DNA of 63,255 nucleotides, filler included, from 5 parts of 5 records of this genome joined end to end with filler, not necessarily neighbours in it; one strand, 5' to 3'. Shown: positions 21,301 to 33,926, counted from the first letter of the whole stretch. A program made the numbers and translations. Notes: generated by a model not told the origin, from the sequence alone.

Positions 21301-24300
21301 CTTCGTTTGATCGCCAGAATGCGGGGGTGACCATTTGATTTCGTTGCTAGATTTTGAAGTATGGGTTGAGTGTGGGGGTGACCACTTGATTTCGTTGCTA
21401 GATTTTGAAGTATGTGTTGAGTGGGGGGGTGACCACTTGATTTCATTGCTCGATTTGGATCCATGTGACGAGTGCGGTGGCGACCAGTGAATTTCACCGC
21501 TGTCACCTCCCTCGCCACTGTGTGGAACGCCACTCGCTCCACCCCCGCCGAAGCGACTATTGGTTGCGTCTGCGAGTTCGTCCAAGTCAACCTCCCCAAG
21601 TTCTTGAAGCTTTTGAGCCAGCTCCAAGACGCCAGAGCTCACTCGGCGGTGGTGCTCCGCATCCCCACCTGCGCCATCCTCGCCGGCACTGTCGCTGTCA
21701 TTCTCGCTGCGCAGCCGTCGTTCTTCTGCAACTGCCCTTGCCAGAGCGGCAGCCTGTGCTGCAGCTTCTTTTCGTGCAGTGTCGTCTTCGGCAGCGCTTC
21801 GAGACCCACGTGCAATACGGCCCTTCGCACCGCGACCACCACGACCTCGGCCTCCACGGCCTCGTCCCTTCTTGCCTCGACCTCCGCGACCTCGACCGCG
21901 TCCTTTTGTGCCATGTCTTCCAAACTTGCCTCGAGCTGCGGCATCTTGCTGCATCCGTGCGAGTGTTGGCGAGATCGTGCGCCCAGCGGCTGCTGCGCCC
22001 GTGGAAGCTCTGCGCTTTGCCCGTTCAAGCGCCTGTCGTGCTCGGGCGGCCCGGATCTGCGGTGATGAAGCCATTGCCTTGATTCGTGCCTGCGTTTCCA
22101 GCTGGCGTTTCTTCATCGCAGACACAGCCCGCTGCTGCGGGGGCGGCTTGGCTGCCTCCCGCCAACTTGCAGGGACTTGGCCTCGGACTCGCCCACCACG
22201 TGGAGCTGAGGCACTGCGCCGCTACAGCAAAAAGAAAATGCAAGATCAACAGCGAAACAGACTCAAATTCAACTCCACAATCATCAAGCCCGAGATCGGC
22301 ATTTTGTTTCGCTGTGTTGGCGGCGAAAGGGATCGGGAACGTACTGTTTTTTTCTGGCCTTTCCGCTTGGACAATTTTGGACCGGTCGAGACAGCAGCAG
22401 CAGTGCCGCCAGCCCATTGCACAGTGGGTGCCTGAAAAGGGTCCATCCCATACTCGTCAGATGATTCTGACTCGCTTTCTGTGCTATGAAGTGGCCGATC
22501 ATTTTCACTGTCAGCGTCGTATTTCGATGTATCTTCATCGGCATCGTCAATAATGTGCTCCAGGTCGACTTTGTGCTCCTGCATCTGTTGACCGTCATTT
22601 TGCCGTCTATCTTGCTCATCACGAAAATCGTTGAGGACGTCACATACTTCCTCCGTGAAGGCAAACAAACTTTTGCGAATGAGCCCCGGTGCATCAAAGA
22701 TTGCAAGCTGCGACCGTGTTACCGACCGCGCATCGAACAACACCTGGGTCAATGTCTTCGTATAGTCTTCACTTAACATGTTCGAGATACGCTGAAACTG
22801 CTTGCCTTGCATGCGCCGGAAGTATTGCAAATACCTGCAAAATCCACGACGTGCATTAGACGAATGCTAGCATGCGTTTGGCGGGCGTTGGGTTGCAGAT
22901 TCCACTCATCTCTGGCTGCACGAAATAGTATGGGCAACATGACGTACTCCCGCACTAGGCCAGCATTTCGCGCCGTGAACTTGCAAAATTGGCGCCAAAA
23001 AAGAGACCGAATACGTTTTTTAGGGCCATCAAGCTCGTTCGGGCACAGCATCAAAGTGCGCTCTAAATCATCCCGTTCTAGGTAATGCAACTCGCAAAAA
23101 CGATTGATCGTTCGAACATCACGATGCCACACGCTCTTTTTGAAAAGCATGTGCTGCACACCCCACCAATGTCCTTGTTGAAACGTCTCGTACTCAAACC
23201 CGCCAAGGTTGTCCTGCACCGAGCCTGCTGCAAGGACATACCTGGGACACGAGAGCATAACTGATGGTGTGAACTTTTGAGGCGCAGAAACGGCAGGTGC
23301 ACCAGTCAAGTCTACGTTGCACAATTGTTGTCATCGAAGACAAACGTATGTGCCGCGCAACAAGGGGAAGATATTCAAATTGGAAACGTACAGACGCGAC
23401 CCATACTCTCCATGGGTGCAAATAATTTCCTCGTGCCCACAAATCTGGATCTTCATCTCCAAGCATAAAAGACCAATAAAGTCAGACGAGGTTTCACGGA
23501 ATAGCGGGACGTTACAGAGCTCCGCAGAGAAGATGTGCTGTGACACCTGCAAAATCAAAGAAGCCAAGAATATACCATCGCCGCGACGAGGTCAGTGCTC
23601 GCGGACATCCCGGCGGTACATGCGAAGAAACCTTTTGAAAAGCGAGGGCCAATACCTGCAGCTGCAAATGTTCTGAAAGCATTTCCCGAGCGTTGCGTGC
23701 GTCGTCCTCGGTGAAAACACTGTTAGCAGACTCACGAGCGTAAAAGCAGTAGTCCAATGCTCGACGACGCAAGGGGCTCGGGATGCGTTTCTTGTGGCTG
23801 TTGAGGTAGGTCAACATCGTGTCCATTTTCTGTTGGAAGTCTGCTTCCGCACTTTTGAAGCCCGCAAGTAGGGTGCACATCGTACCCAGGACGTATGAGA
23901 ATATCGCAACGCCCATTATCATTGCAGCAACGACGTATATCTTTTCGGCTGTATTGACAGGCCCAACATCGCCGTAGCCAACTGTGGTGACGGTTTGAAT
24001 CGCCCAATACACAGCAAGCACATATCTGCGAATTGACAAAACAAAAATAAATAAACAATCCAAGGCATTGGATGTTCAGACTGACCAATACGTGTGCCAC
24101 GGTACAACTGGAGCGCAACACACAACCGAAAACGGGGGCACGCACATTTCGCCGCGAGAGTTTGTCACCGATGATGGGACGTTGTTCGTCCAAGAAAAAA
24201 CACCATCGCTGCCATAAGACGCCACGATATAGTATCCACAACCCAGCCAATGAATGATGAAGAGCGTGAACACGAGGAACTGCAGTAAGCGTACAGCTCC

Positions 24301-25683
24301 ATAGGCGATCCGGAGAATCAGTGACTGCTCCCAACGCTTGAGAATGCGAGACGCTCGCACGACCTTGAGCAACTTCATCAAGCGAACCAAACGAATGAGT
24401 TTTGGAATCCGCAAGAGTCCGGCAGACACGCCCTCACCTCCCGCGGGCAGAAAAAGCTCCATCAGGTCAAACGGGAGAACAGAAACAATGTCGAGCACAA
24501 GCCAGCTTTTGATATAGCCCATAGAGGCCTTGAGACATTCGTACTCAAGCGAAATGCGGCCTGTGACAGGATCCTCGTTCTGCCAGGCACTTCGGAAGTT
24601 AATCATGATATCCAGCACGAACAACGTGTCGCACACACGATCTGTGATGAAGAAAAATACCCAAGCGTTGCAGTCTGCTGGTGACATTGTGCAATCCGTC
24701 AATTGCGCCAGCGAATATTCCTGCAGGAACGCAATCTGGAAAGGCGTAAAAATAGCCGTGTAGAGCAGGCAAAAGATCATCGTCACATCCCAACACTGTC
24801 GGAACTCAGAACCAGGGATTATAATGCACCGCCCTTCGAGCGGGCCGGCCAGATCTGCCTCTTCGTCTGAGGCCACGGTGTTCATCACTCCTGTTAGCCG
24901 CGCAAAATTGAGACTGTCACATCGCAAAAGGCCTTTTTTCTTGCGCCTTCTTTGCTGGCGCTCCCGGTCTGCCATTGGTCCAGCTGCGCCCCCAGGAGAT
25001 GAGTCCTGTTGTTCGGAGGCCATGACCTGGTCTAGCAAGTCATCGTCACCGATGCTGCCGCCTTCCACACTCGAAATTTTATCAGAGAACTTGGCTTCCT
25101 TTGGCTGAGCCCGTGTCGCTTGTTCGATGTACGCATTGATTGTATCACCTTGAATAGCGTGGGATATGGCCTCTCGCTCATCGTACTGGGCGCCCCCGCT
25201 CATTTGCTTTGCTTTCAGTAGGTCAAACGCGCTTCCCCGGATAGATCCTGTGCGGAGAAGGACGCTATCCCAACTGGCCTTTCGTGTATGGGGTGTCGTC
25301 CGCGAAGGTTGAAACTGTCTAACACCAAGCAAATCCAGGCTACTTTTCCGGAGGTGGGCGTTGTGGCGGGGCACCTGGGAGTTGCCGGTGCTCAAACCAG
25401 CGCTGCCCGCGGCACCAACGCCGCCGCCAGCGCCCCCGGACCGGGACAAATCCACGCTTCCGTATTTCCTGTGCTGCGTCGCTGCTGGGGTAGCTCGCAT
25501 GATGTCCAAGCTCGAGCGACGCCGGTGTTGCTTGGAGCCCTCTGCCCCCCCTTTTCGAGCAAACACGCTCGAGCGAATCCCCACTTCCAGGTTGATGGAC
25601 GCCCCGCGATTGTGCAGCACAATCCCTTGGTTCGCCACGCGGTCTCGCATGCCGCGAGCGGCCACCGCCGCGCCAGCGGACAT
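18385..25683 (-). CDS. Eukaryotic cyclic-nucleotide-binding-domain voltage-gated K+ channel (KCNH/EAG/CNG-like), six exons, about 2227 aa
   Basis: Exons 25683-24146, 24025-23656, 23546-23392, 23241-22948, 22834-22345, 22221-18385; all introns GT..AG, 109-150 nt; total 6684 nt in frame. S1 WDVTMIFCLLYTAIFTPFQIAF, S4 LLRIPKLIRLVRLMKLLK, pore TVTTVGYGD, C-linker and CNBD (VPLF...ICTHGEYGSRLYVLAAGSV...CELHYLERDDL). Confidence 0.85.
21320..21500. repeat. 51-bp coding minisatellite, about 3.5-4 units (SKSSNEIKWSPPHSTHT)
   Basis: GACCA anchors at 21329, 21380, 21431 and 21482. Confidence 0.9.
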
Positions 25684-26108
25684 ACTTGCAGCCGCCGCTC
25701 CCCAGCAGCCGCGCTGGATTCAAGTCAGCTCAAGTCAGACAGCGGTGGCCTATTGTTTGACTGCACGCGCCGAGTTGAAGAAACACGAGTCAAGGTGCAG
25801 GCGGGGTGTTCACCCGCCTGCAACAACAGCGTATTTCGCCCTTCGTGCACGTGAGGACTGCGACTTCAACATACCGTCAGTAAAAACGGCAGGTAATGAT
25901 GCACTTACTGATATGATGGGGAGCTAGCTGGCAGGAGTAGAGTGGCAGTGGCGTGTTCACTGTGCCACTGCTGCTGAGACCAAGAACGCAGCCGGAAGAC
26001 GCGGCTTTCGAGGCAGTTTCTACGGAATGCTACAGTGCCCACCGCACAAAAAGCACACAAAGCCACGCACACAAACAAGGAGCAAACAGAAGAAAAGAAA
26101 AAAAACAC

Positions 26109-26135
26109 AAGAAGAAGAAGAAGAAGAAGAAGAAG
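26109..26135. repeat. (AAG)9 microsatellite at contig end
   Basis: Seen directly. Confidence 0.95.
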
Positions 26136-26235
26136 NNNNNNNNNNNNNNNNNNNNNNNNNNNNNNNNNNNNNNNNNNNNTTAATTAATTAANNNNNNNNN
26201 NNNNNNNNNNNNNNNNNNNNNNNNNNNNNNNNNNN
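26136..26235. other. Artificial contig spacer
   Basis: N44-TTAATTAATTAA-N44. Confidence 0.99.
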
Positions 26236-26296
26236 ACTACTACTACTAGTACTAGTACTACTACTCCTACTACTACAACTACTACTGCTACTACTA
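26236..26296. repeat. Imperfect (ACT)n microsatellite at contig start
   Basis: Seen directly. Confidence 0.9.
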
Positions 26297-26323
26297 ACAA
26301 CACCCAATAAAACCAATTAAAAA

Positions 26324-27905
26324 ATGCGGGGCTGTGTTTGCGGGTTGTTGGGCATTGTCGTGGTGGGCGTCAATTTCGTGACTTTGGCTTCCGCATTTTC
26401 GCTGGAAGCTTTTGAGTTAGTTGGGAGCGCTCAGCGCACGGATGCTGGGGGAGTTCGATTAACACACGACGACGATGCCGGTGCGAAGGGGATCATGTTT
26501 GCAAAGTCGATTGAGGGCCGGACTGCGTGGGAGTTTCAGCTGTTGCTCAACGCCCACGGGCGTAAAAACCAGGGAGGCGAAGGGTTTGCATTCTGGTGCG
26601 TAGAATTTGTTTTTGTCAGTCTTGAGGTGAACGGTAATTTTGCTGTCAACGGCCGTGCCGCCTTTAGTATTAGAATAGTCAAGCACTGGCAATGCTGGTT
26701 GCTTTGGTGTCCGTAAGGTACGTTGCCGACCCGCTGCACACTGGTCCGGTATATGGAGGGCCTGACACTTTTTACGGATTTACATTGATTTTATCATCGA
26801 CTGGTCCGCCAAGTGCTGACGAAACAGATCATACACAGCTAGCCGCTGGGGTCAGCAATGCCGAGGACGCTGTGAGCCACCCGAGCGGCTGGATTGGGGG
26901 CTTTTTCAACGATGGAGGCCATTTTGATCAACAGGAGCTCGTTGTTGGACGACACAATGGAAACAGCTGCAGCTGCGATTTTCGCAACCATGTGGTGAAT
27001 GATCGTGGACCAACATTGCTACGAATTTCTTACGACGGAGCTGACCTTGTGGTACGCGTGAGCGAGCCACAAGAAGCATCGTTTCGAGATTGCTTCACAA
27101 TTCATGATGTCGAGTTGCCATCAGGGTTTTTTTATGGTGTCTCAGCAAGCAACTCCGACACTCTAGCCGATATTCATGATGTGTATGCGTTGGAAGATGC
27201 GGAACTTCCATCCTCCGTGGCAACCAACCCGCCCAGCAGCGCGGGTGTGCAAAGCGCAAGTGAAGAAACCGATGATGCTGCAAGGAGAGGAGCAAGTGGG
27301 CGGCTTCGTTCTCAAGGGTCTTTGTCAGACCCCGATGAGGCTTCCACGCTGGACTTTCTGGTTTCGCAGTCGGATGTGGTCGTTGCACTTGCGAGCCAGC
27401 ACCGCGAATTTTCACAGCGCTTAGCGCTGATAGAAGCAGGGTGAGTTGAATTACTGTGTAGCCTGTATTCGCAACAGGTTTGGAATGATGTTGATTCACT
27501 TGACCTCCGTGCAATAATCTTTTTGCACCTTGAAGGTATGACCGTGAGCTTGCGGCGTTGCAGAGCCATTACGACATTTTGATAAGCAAGCTCACCCTCG
27601 CAGAACAGGTGTGGTCACAGGCGTTTACGGATAGTTGCTTGGCCAAGATTGTACTGTGACTTTACCATCGAGAGAGAGTTTTCTTGACGTTGTTCAATTT
27701 TTGCTGTTTGTGGTAGGATACACAGCGGATGATGCAACATTTAGAAACGTTAGTGCAAACACAGCTGGATGCTTTCAAGGACGAGCACATTGGATACCGG
27801 CACAGCTGGATCGCTCCCTTCGGAGGAGTCGTGATAATCCTTCTCCTTCTCACTGCCACTGGCTACAACCGGTACCGCTTTCTGGTCAAGCGCCACGTGC
27901 AATAG
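26324..27905 (+). CDS. L-type (legume-like) lectin cargo receptor, ERGIC-53/VIP36/Emp46-like, four exons, 418 aa
   Basis: Exons 26324-26595, 26718-27440, 27536-27608, 27717-27905 (1257 nt, in frame). Signal peptide, VRLT, GGEGFAFWY...GPVYGGPDTF, CDFRN, FYGVSASNSDTLADIHDV, coiled coil, TM segment, short tail ...KRHVQ. Confidence 0.85.
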
Positions 27906-28492
27906 CTACAGCCGAAACCTCATGCAGGAAGATGATGCGATGGGGGTGATGTGACGCCATAGTAAAGTGCGTCGCGGTTCTACCGGTAAATATTGCATCG
28001 CGTTTTCGTACCGACAAAGATCCAGTCAAAAAAGGTCTTGCAGCCTTTTTGGCTTGGATCTTTGGCTGCGCAGCCTGCAGCCTGCAAACTAATTCACGAT
28101 CAAATCCATCCGACACCCTCAACTCAAATACACATCGAGCACAATTGACCTCATGGTTGACGTGTGACCGTGGCAGCTGTGTTCACTCGCCCTCGTCTGA
28201 GTCGCAAGCAGCGCTTTACGTTGTTTTGCATGTTGTTGCTTTTGGTGAAAAAATGTTGTTTGTGTTTGCGACATTGTTCATTGCCCATGCAAATCTGAGT
28301 GCTTCGAAACATTCGATTCGGCATTCCAGGGGCTACGTATTCACTGGGGGAGACGAGGTAAGGGATAAAATGATACCACAAGGAATTATCACGCAGTCTC
28401 AAATATGACTGCTGTCTGGATTGGTTCGTTGAATGCAGTTCCTGTCTGGATTGGACCTGGCACAAGCGGGCGTGTTGCACTCACAGCACTGA

Positions 28493-31400
28493 TCACGCAT
28501 CAAGACTTCCTGCGGTTTCGTTCTGACTTGCGAGCATAATCACTGTGTGTGGAATATACGGCGCGCCAGACGGCCATACGACGCTGCTGTTTGCAATTTG
28601 AACGTAATACTCAATTCCCGATTCGTCCAATTTTGCAGCCGGCACTGTCGCGACAAACACCGTGCGACCATGCTTTACCAAGTCCGTGAGGTGATGGACC
28701 GAGACACGTCCACAATACAAAGAAAGCACATAGTGGGAAGGTCATCAGTGTGTCGCTGCAGGTCATAGGTGTGTTTCTATCCGCACGAAATTGCAACGCA
28801 CCATGCGAGGAACCATGTCCACTCGCTGAAACTCGCTTGCAATGTCACCAAGAGCGCGGTAGTAGAGCTGAGGAGTGGAATCAATCGAATTGCTTCCAAG
28901 TGTGTCAAATGGCGAAAACACGGCAAGGAACATGAGCAATTGATGTTGCGATGGAGCGGGCAGTCATACGAAAACAATTCGAGCAACTCCACAGTCGCTT
29001 CAGTATTTACCTCAATACCGATGCTCGCACATGTAGATCCTCGTCCAAGGCAAGACTCTGACGAGGTGTCGCCACAAAAATACGCTCTGTGCCGTGGTAA
29101 ACGTTATCTGTGCTTGCGTTTGGCGGAAGCGGCCCACCAAGGGCGTTTTCAAGCGTTGTCGCTGTGTCGAGCAGTGCAAGGGAATAACTATGCTGCATGA
29201 GGTTTTCAACACTGCCGAGTGTTCCTGTTGTCGACACCGTTTGAAGCAGAGCTGTCATTAGACTTGTTGCGTCCTCAACGAGTCGTTGTCGTGCCTACAA
29301 TAAAATATTGCAGCGTCAGAAATTGAACTATTGATCGAGAACTATTGCGGAGCGAAACAATTGTGTATGTCTTCGTGCTGTCTCACCGGCAGACATTTTT
29401 GGGCTGCGGCCTTTCGCTCGTTCTCCGATGATGGGCCACAAGTGATCGGGAACACTTCGATCATGCAGTCGCCACCGCACCTGCAACGCCAGAGCGCAGA
29501 GTCGTTAAACACTGCAGTCATGTGACAATCACGGACACGCTCGTCGACAATACGCTCATCACAACACACGTTTGAGAGTTGTTTCCTTCGCATGGACAGG
29601 AACGCGATGGGCTCGCTGCGCAGGTACCCGGCGCTGGGCAGCCACCAGGCAATGCCCATTTCTGGCTCGGAGCTGCAACGTCGCAGAAACAAGCGACGCC
29701 AAACTCCACTCCAGCAAACGTGTAGTTGGTGCTCGACTGGATATTCAATTATTCATGACATGTTAAACACTGAAGGCGTGAACCATGGAGACGACGAAAC
29801 AGACCAGGAACACCTACGGTAGATGCGGCACCGCAGGCACTCGCACAGCGCTCACGCGACATATTTGGGTCGTTGATTGTAACTGTATGAGCCATGATGC
29901 GCCTAGTACATGTTCGAAGCCGCCTTAAAGTTGACAAAGTCAAAAGTCAAAGCCGCATGTATGTGATACCCAACGGTGGTGTGGCATGAAAAACGCACCC
30001 TCCGGCAGATGGAGCCTCGCAGTCCCTAAAACAGCCAACTTCTGCCCCATTTTGCGTGCAGTTGAGACCTAACACAGAAGCAAAAGAGTGTTCAAGAAAG
30101 CGCTGCAACGTCGTGGTCTTCCAACTGACCAAATTTGCCTGGTTTGTGACCTGGAATTTGGGCAATGCATGAGTTGAGCTTCGACCACGAGCATCCAACT
30201 GTACTCATGAGTCGAAGATATCGAAGAGAATTCGCCCAAAAATCAAATCGAGACAGTGCAGAAGCTGCAGCACCAGGCGCAGGTCCCGCTGCGTCAGCGA
30301 CTTGGGGCCGAAGCGCCAGGAAAGAGTCCACAAAAGCGTAGGTCTCGTTTGCGCTGGGGTCACATCTACATCCACGGCAAGCGACGATTACGAAAGGCTT
30401 TTTTCGAACAGACAGGTTGAAAGTCATTGAAAAAACTGCTTACTTGGGAACAATTTCACCCGGACCTCCAGCCCAGGTGTCAGGACGAGGAAAATTGTAG
30501 GAGTCAGCAGCATCAAGGATCCTTGCGGCAGCAATTGCTACATCGCATGGTGGCCCCAGTACAGTCGACTGTGGACACAGTTCAGCCTAGAGCGTTAAAA
30601 AACGGTTTTGGGTATGCAAAAGCACCGCAAACACAATCCCAAACTCAGCCTTGCTTCAAGGACACGATTGTCTTGACGTTGACACACGGAACAAACCGCA
30701 AAAAAAGACTCCCACAACTCCGAGGAGGAGAGATCTGGTTGCCACGGGTAGCTAGCCAGGGCAGCCAGCTGAGGTGACACCTCGCGAGTTCGCCAGTGAA
30801 TTCCTAGCAGACCAGATACGCCCATGGCTACTGCTTGGGCGGAATACCTGCACCGGGGGGCGAAACACAAATACAGCGAACTCCGTGACTCTGAGTCCTG
30901 TGCAGTGGCACTGTAGGAACCGAACAAGCGAATGAGCATGAATCAAAGTCCACATCCGGGCGCGTACTCGAGAGTGCGATTAACCCAGAGCTGTGGAGCC
31001 AAAAGTCCAGGGTCATCTTCCATCCAAGGAATGCTCCATTTTGGATGATGAGACACCTAGAGTAATAAAGAATCCAGCTTTACACGTCAGCTCGATATAC
31101 TCCACACACAGCTTTAAGGACCCGGGTCCTACCTGAGCATACTCAGGCTCCGGTGGAGTGTTGCCCACCGCTTCGTTAATGGACGACAGGGTCCAGCCAG
31201 CCTGAAAACATGTAACACACGATGAGCATGGACAGGCGTACCCCAGCAATCCAAGCATTCATCGTGTTGAAAACACGTCTCCTGGCTGACGCACCGGAAG
31301 AACATCATCGAAATAGCTTCGGTTTGCTTTGGGGCCAAGAGTCCATCCACAAGTGGCCAACGACATGTTTAGCAAAGTCGCCTGTGGGCTGCCAGGCAAA

Positions 31401-33126
31401 GCATTTTCCTGAATTTTGGAAAGAGCAGCATTCGCAGCGAGAAAGTCTGCTACAATAGATGTGACTTCTTCATTGGTCATAGGCACTGGTGACGAACGAG
31501 CAGGCCACCTATGCATGAATTGAATCACAGTCAACGCGGGAAATTGGGTGAACAGTCAAGCACAGCAAGGACACCAGTACCGTGGACATGACTCAGACTC
31601 CCTCACGCCCGCAAAATGTCCCTTCGACCGGCCCCGCGTACCCTTCTGATGTCCAGATCCAGTAGTAGTCCAAAGGTATGTCAGCCGCTGCCAGCCGCTG
31701 AAACACACCTTCGTAAAGTTCTTGTACCGTCGCATTGGTCGCTGTCGCTGGCACTGCCAGCGGAGCCTCGGTTCCGACACATGTTTTGATACCATTGAAT
31801 GTTCGCCCAAAGGCAAAAGCGTCGCTCAGCATCGCAGCGACAGAATTGAACAACTCAGCGTTCAAATCAGTGCTATCAGTGACACTTGCGTGTATCAAGC
31901 AAGACCCATGGCCGTCCAACAAATCTGAACCATAGCACTCCGGCGTTGCCGTACCCCCTGCAAGAAGCATATGCGCGCCAGCAATGTAGGTACTTGTTGT
32001 GTTGAAAGGCCGACCGCCCCAGTCGCCACCGCCACCAGTAGTCATGTACGATGTTTGGTAGGCACCGCCCGACGACACATTGCCCGAGCTAGCGACGTTG
32101 ATCGCAAACACAGTGCGCACAACCAAACCAGATGCGTTAACATGCGAAAACGGAAGTGCCGGCCGACCGCAGACTCTACATGCACAACGCCATTGTTTCT
32201 CACCTTGCATCAAATTGATCTACTGTACCAGTCCAGACGGTTGGCTCCCGGTTGGGATACGTATGAAGCCCAATGAAATTCATTTTCAGCTTCTGCAGCT
32301 GCTCCATGTACATTTTGTAGTCATCTGTGTTCCACTGATCGGGCCCCTCGGAAAAATCGTGGAACGGCTTCGCATCACGGACCACGAAAGAAATAACAGC
32401 ACGCAACTATTCAGATCAGAATTGACCCGCGTGACAGCCCAAACTAGTTTCACTACAGCGACAACGCTGTTTGCCAACGGACCTGGATTCCACGGACTGC
32501 CACCCCTGCTGGAGACAGCAAGATTGGGAAACGCACAATCGTTTGAGCAAAGGAGTTGATGTGTTCCATTGATAGTCCGGCTGGCACGATGTCTTCACCG
32601 TGCAGCCGAAAAGCAAATCCCAGCTTCTCCAAAAGAGTGAACACCGCATAGCACATGGACAGATCATTACCACCATGCACAACGACCACAGGTGTAGGCC
32701 CAGTTGTTTTGTTGCCTGGAGCCAGTAGAAAACCACTCAGTGCGTGCGCATCCGGCGACTTGCGGGCTTCCTGCAACACGAATTCGCGAGCTTTATGCCA
32801 CGACGACGACGACAACAATGACAATGAGGTGTCCAGATTCAAGTCCTTCACTGCTTCATGGGAGTCGATCCAGCGGTGCATGGTCGTGTCAGTGGACACA
32901 GCACCCACCAAAAGGCACAAGACGTCGCAGTCGTCCACGATGATGCCCATAGATTTGTCGTCGTTGTCGCCGTCGTTGTGTCCATGCGGGTGGATTGAGA
33001 GCAGCCGCGGGAAGGAGCCTGTGGCTAGATACAAGTACCGCTGCAGTTCTCTTGCAGCGTTGTTGCCGTTGCTGTGGGGCCCACTTTCAGAAGAAGTGCT
33101 GCTGGTGGTGGTGGTGGTGGTGGTGG
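28493..33126 (-). CDS. Multi-exon uncharacterised glycoside-hydrolase-like protein with an internal WSC domain (5' truncated)
   Basis: N-domain VHGGNDLSMCYAVFTLLEKLG resembles the GH20/GH67/GH89 accessory domain. Spliced VRGIQ|PFHDFSEGPDQW (intron 32482-32368), LKMNFIGLHTYP, GIKTCVGTEAPL, PLDYYWIWTSEG. WSC motifs VGCFRD, MSRERCASAC, YTFAGVEFGVACFC. Downstream exon boundaries are not all resolved. Confidence 0.7.
33103..33126. repeat. (TGG)8 microsatellite at contig end
   Basis: Seen directly. Confidence 0.95.
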
Positions 33127-33226
33127 NNNNNNNNNNNNNNNNNNNNNNNNNNNNNNNNNNNNNNNNNNNNTTAATTAATTAANNNNNNNNNNNNNNNNNN
33201 NNNNNNNNNNNNNNNNNNNNNNNNNN
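33127..33226. other. Artificial contig spacer
   Basis: N44-TTAATTAATTAA-N44. Confidence 0.99.
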
Positions 33227-33922
33227 GGCGGCCCGCAGATCGGCGCCATGCTGGAAAAGCTCGAAATCAAATCGGAATTCATCGATGGCCTGCGGGTTAC
33301 CGATCAGGCCACCATCGACGTGGTTGAAATGGTGCTTTCCGGCTCCATCAACAAACAGATCGTCGCTGCTATCAACAATGCTGGCGGCACGGCCATCGGA
33401 TTATCGGGCAAGGACGGCAATCTGATCCGCGCCGAACGGCTGACCCGCACCAAACGGGACCCGGACAGCAACATCGAACGGGTCGTCGATCTTGGTCTTG
33501 TCGGCCAGCCCAAGGTGATTTCACCCCGGGTGCTGGAGGCCTTTGAAGACAGCGACGTTATTCCGGTGATCGCCCCGATCGGGACCGGCCCCGACGGCGA
33601 AACACTCAATATCAACGCGGACACCGCCGCAGGCGCCATTGCGGCGGCGACACAGGCGTCGCGCATGTACATGCTGACGGATGTCGATGGTGTGCTCGAC
33701 AAAGACAAGAATCTCATATCCGAGCTCAAGGTTTCCGAAGCCCGTGCCGCCATTGAAAGCGGCGTCATTTCCGGCGGCATGATCCCCAAGATCGAGACCT
33801 GCATCGATGCCATTCAGGGCGGTGTTGACGGTGCAGCCATTCTTGACGGCCGAGTTGCGCATACGGTGCTGGTTGAGCTGTTCACTGCCGGGGGCGCCGG
33901 CACGCTGATCACGCGCGGCTGA
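33227..33922 (+). CDS. argB: Acetylglutamate kinase (5' truncated)
   Basis: GGPQIG...[47 protein letters not shown]. Confidence 0.95.
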   Translation, partial: GGPQIGAMLEKLEIKSEFIDGLRVTDQATIDVVEMVLSGSINKQIVAAINNAGGTAIGLSGKDGNLIRAERLTRTKRDPDSNIERVVDLGLVGQPKVISPRVLEAFEDSDVIPVIAPIGTGPDGETLNINADTAAGAIAAATQASRMYMLTDVDGVLDKDKNLISELKVSEARAAIESGVISGGMIPKIETCIDAIQGGVDGAAILDGRVAHTVLVELFTAGGAGTLITRG

Positions 33923-33926
33923 GACC

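Noticed and set aside
21320..21500. Regularly spaced repeats as a CRISPR array
   Set aside because: The units are contiguous 51-bp in-frame coding repeats with no unique spacers, in eukaryotic DNA with no cas genes.
18385..22125. 1246-aa ORF as a stand-alone gene
   Set aside because: It starts at GTG, and its frame opens exactly at a pyrimidine-rich TAG acceptor (22222). It is better explained as the last exon of the channel gene.
28412..28454. 13-bp direct repeat CTGTCTGGATTGG
   Set aside because: Only two copies in a eukaryotic 3' intergenic region, with no supporting structure.
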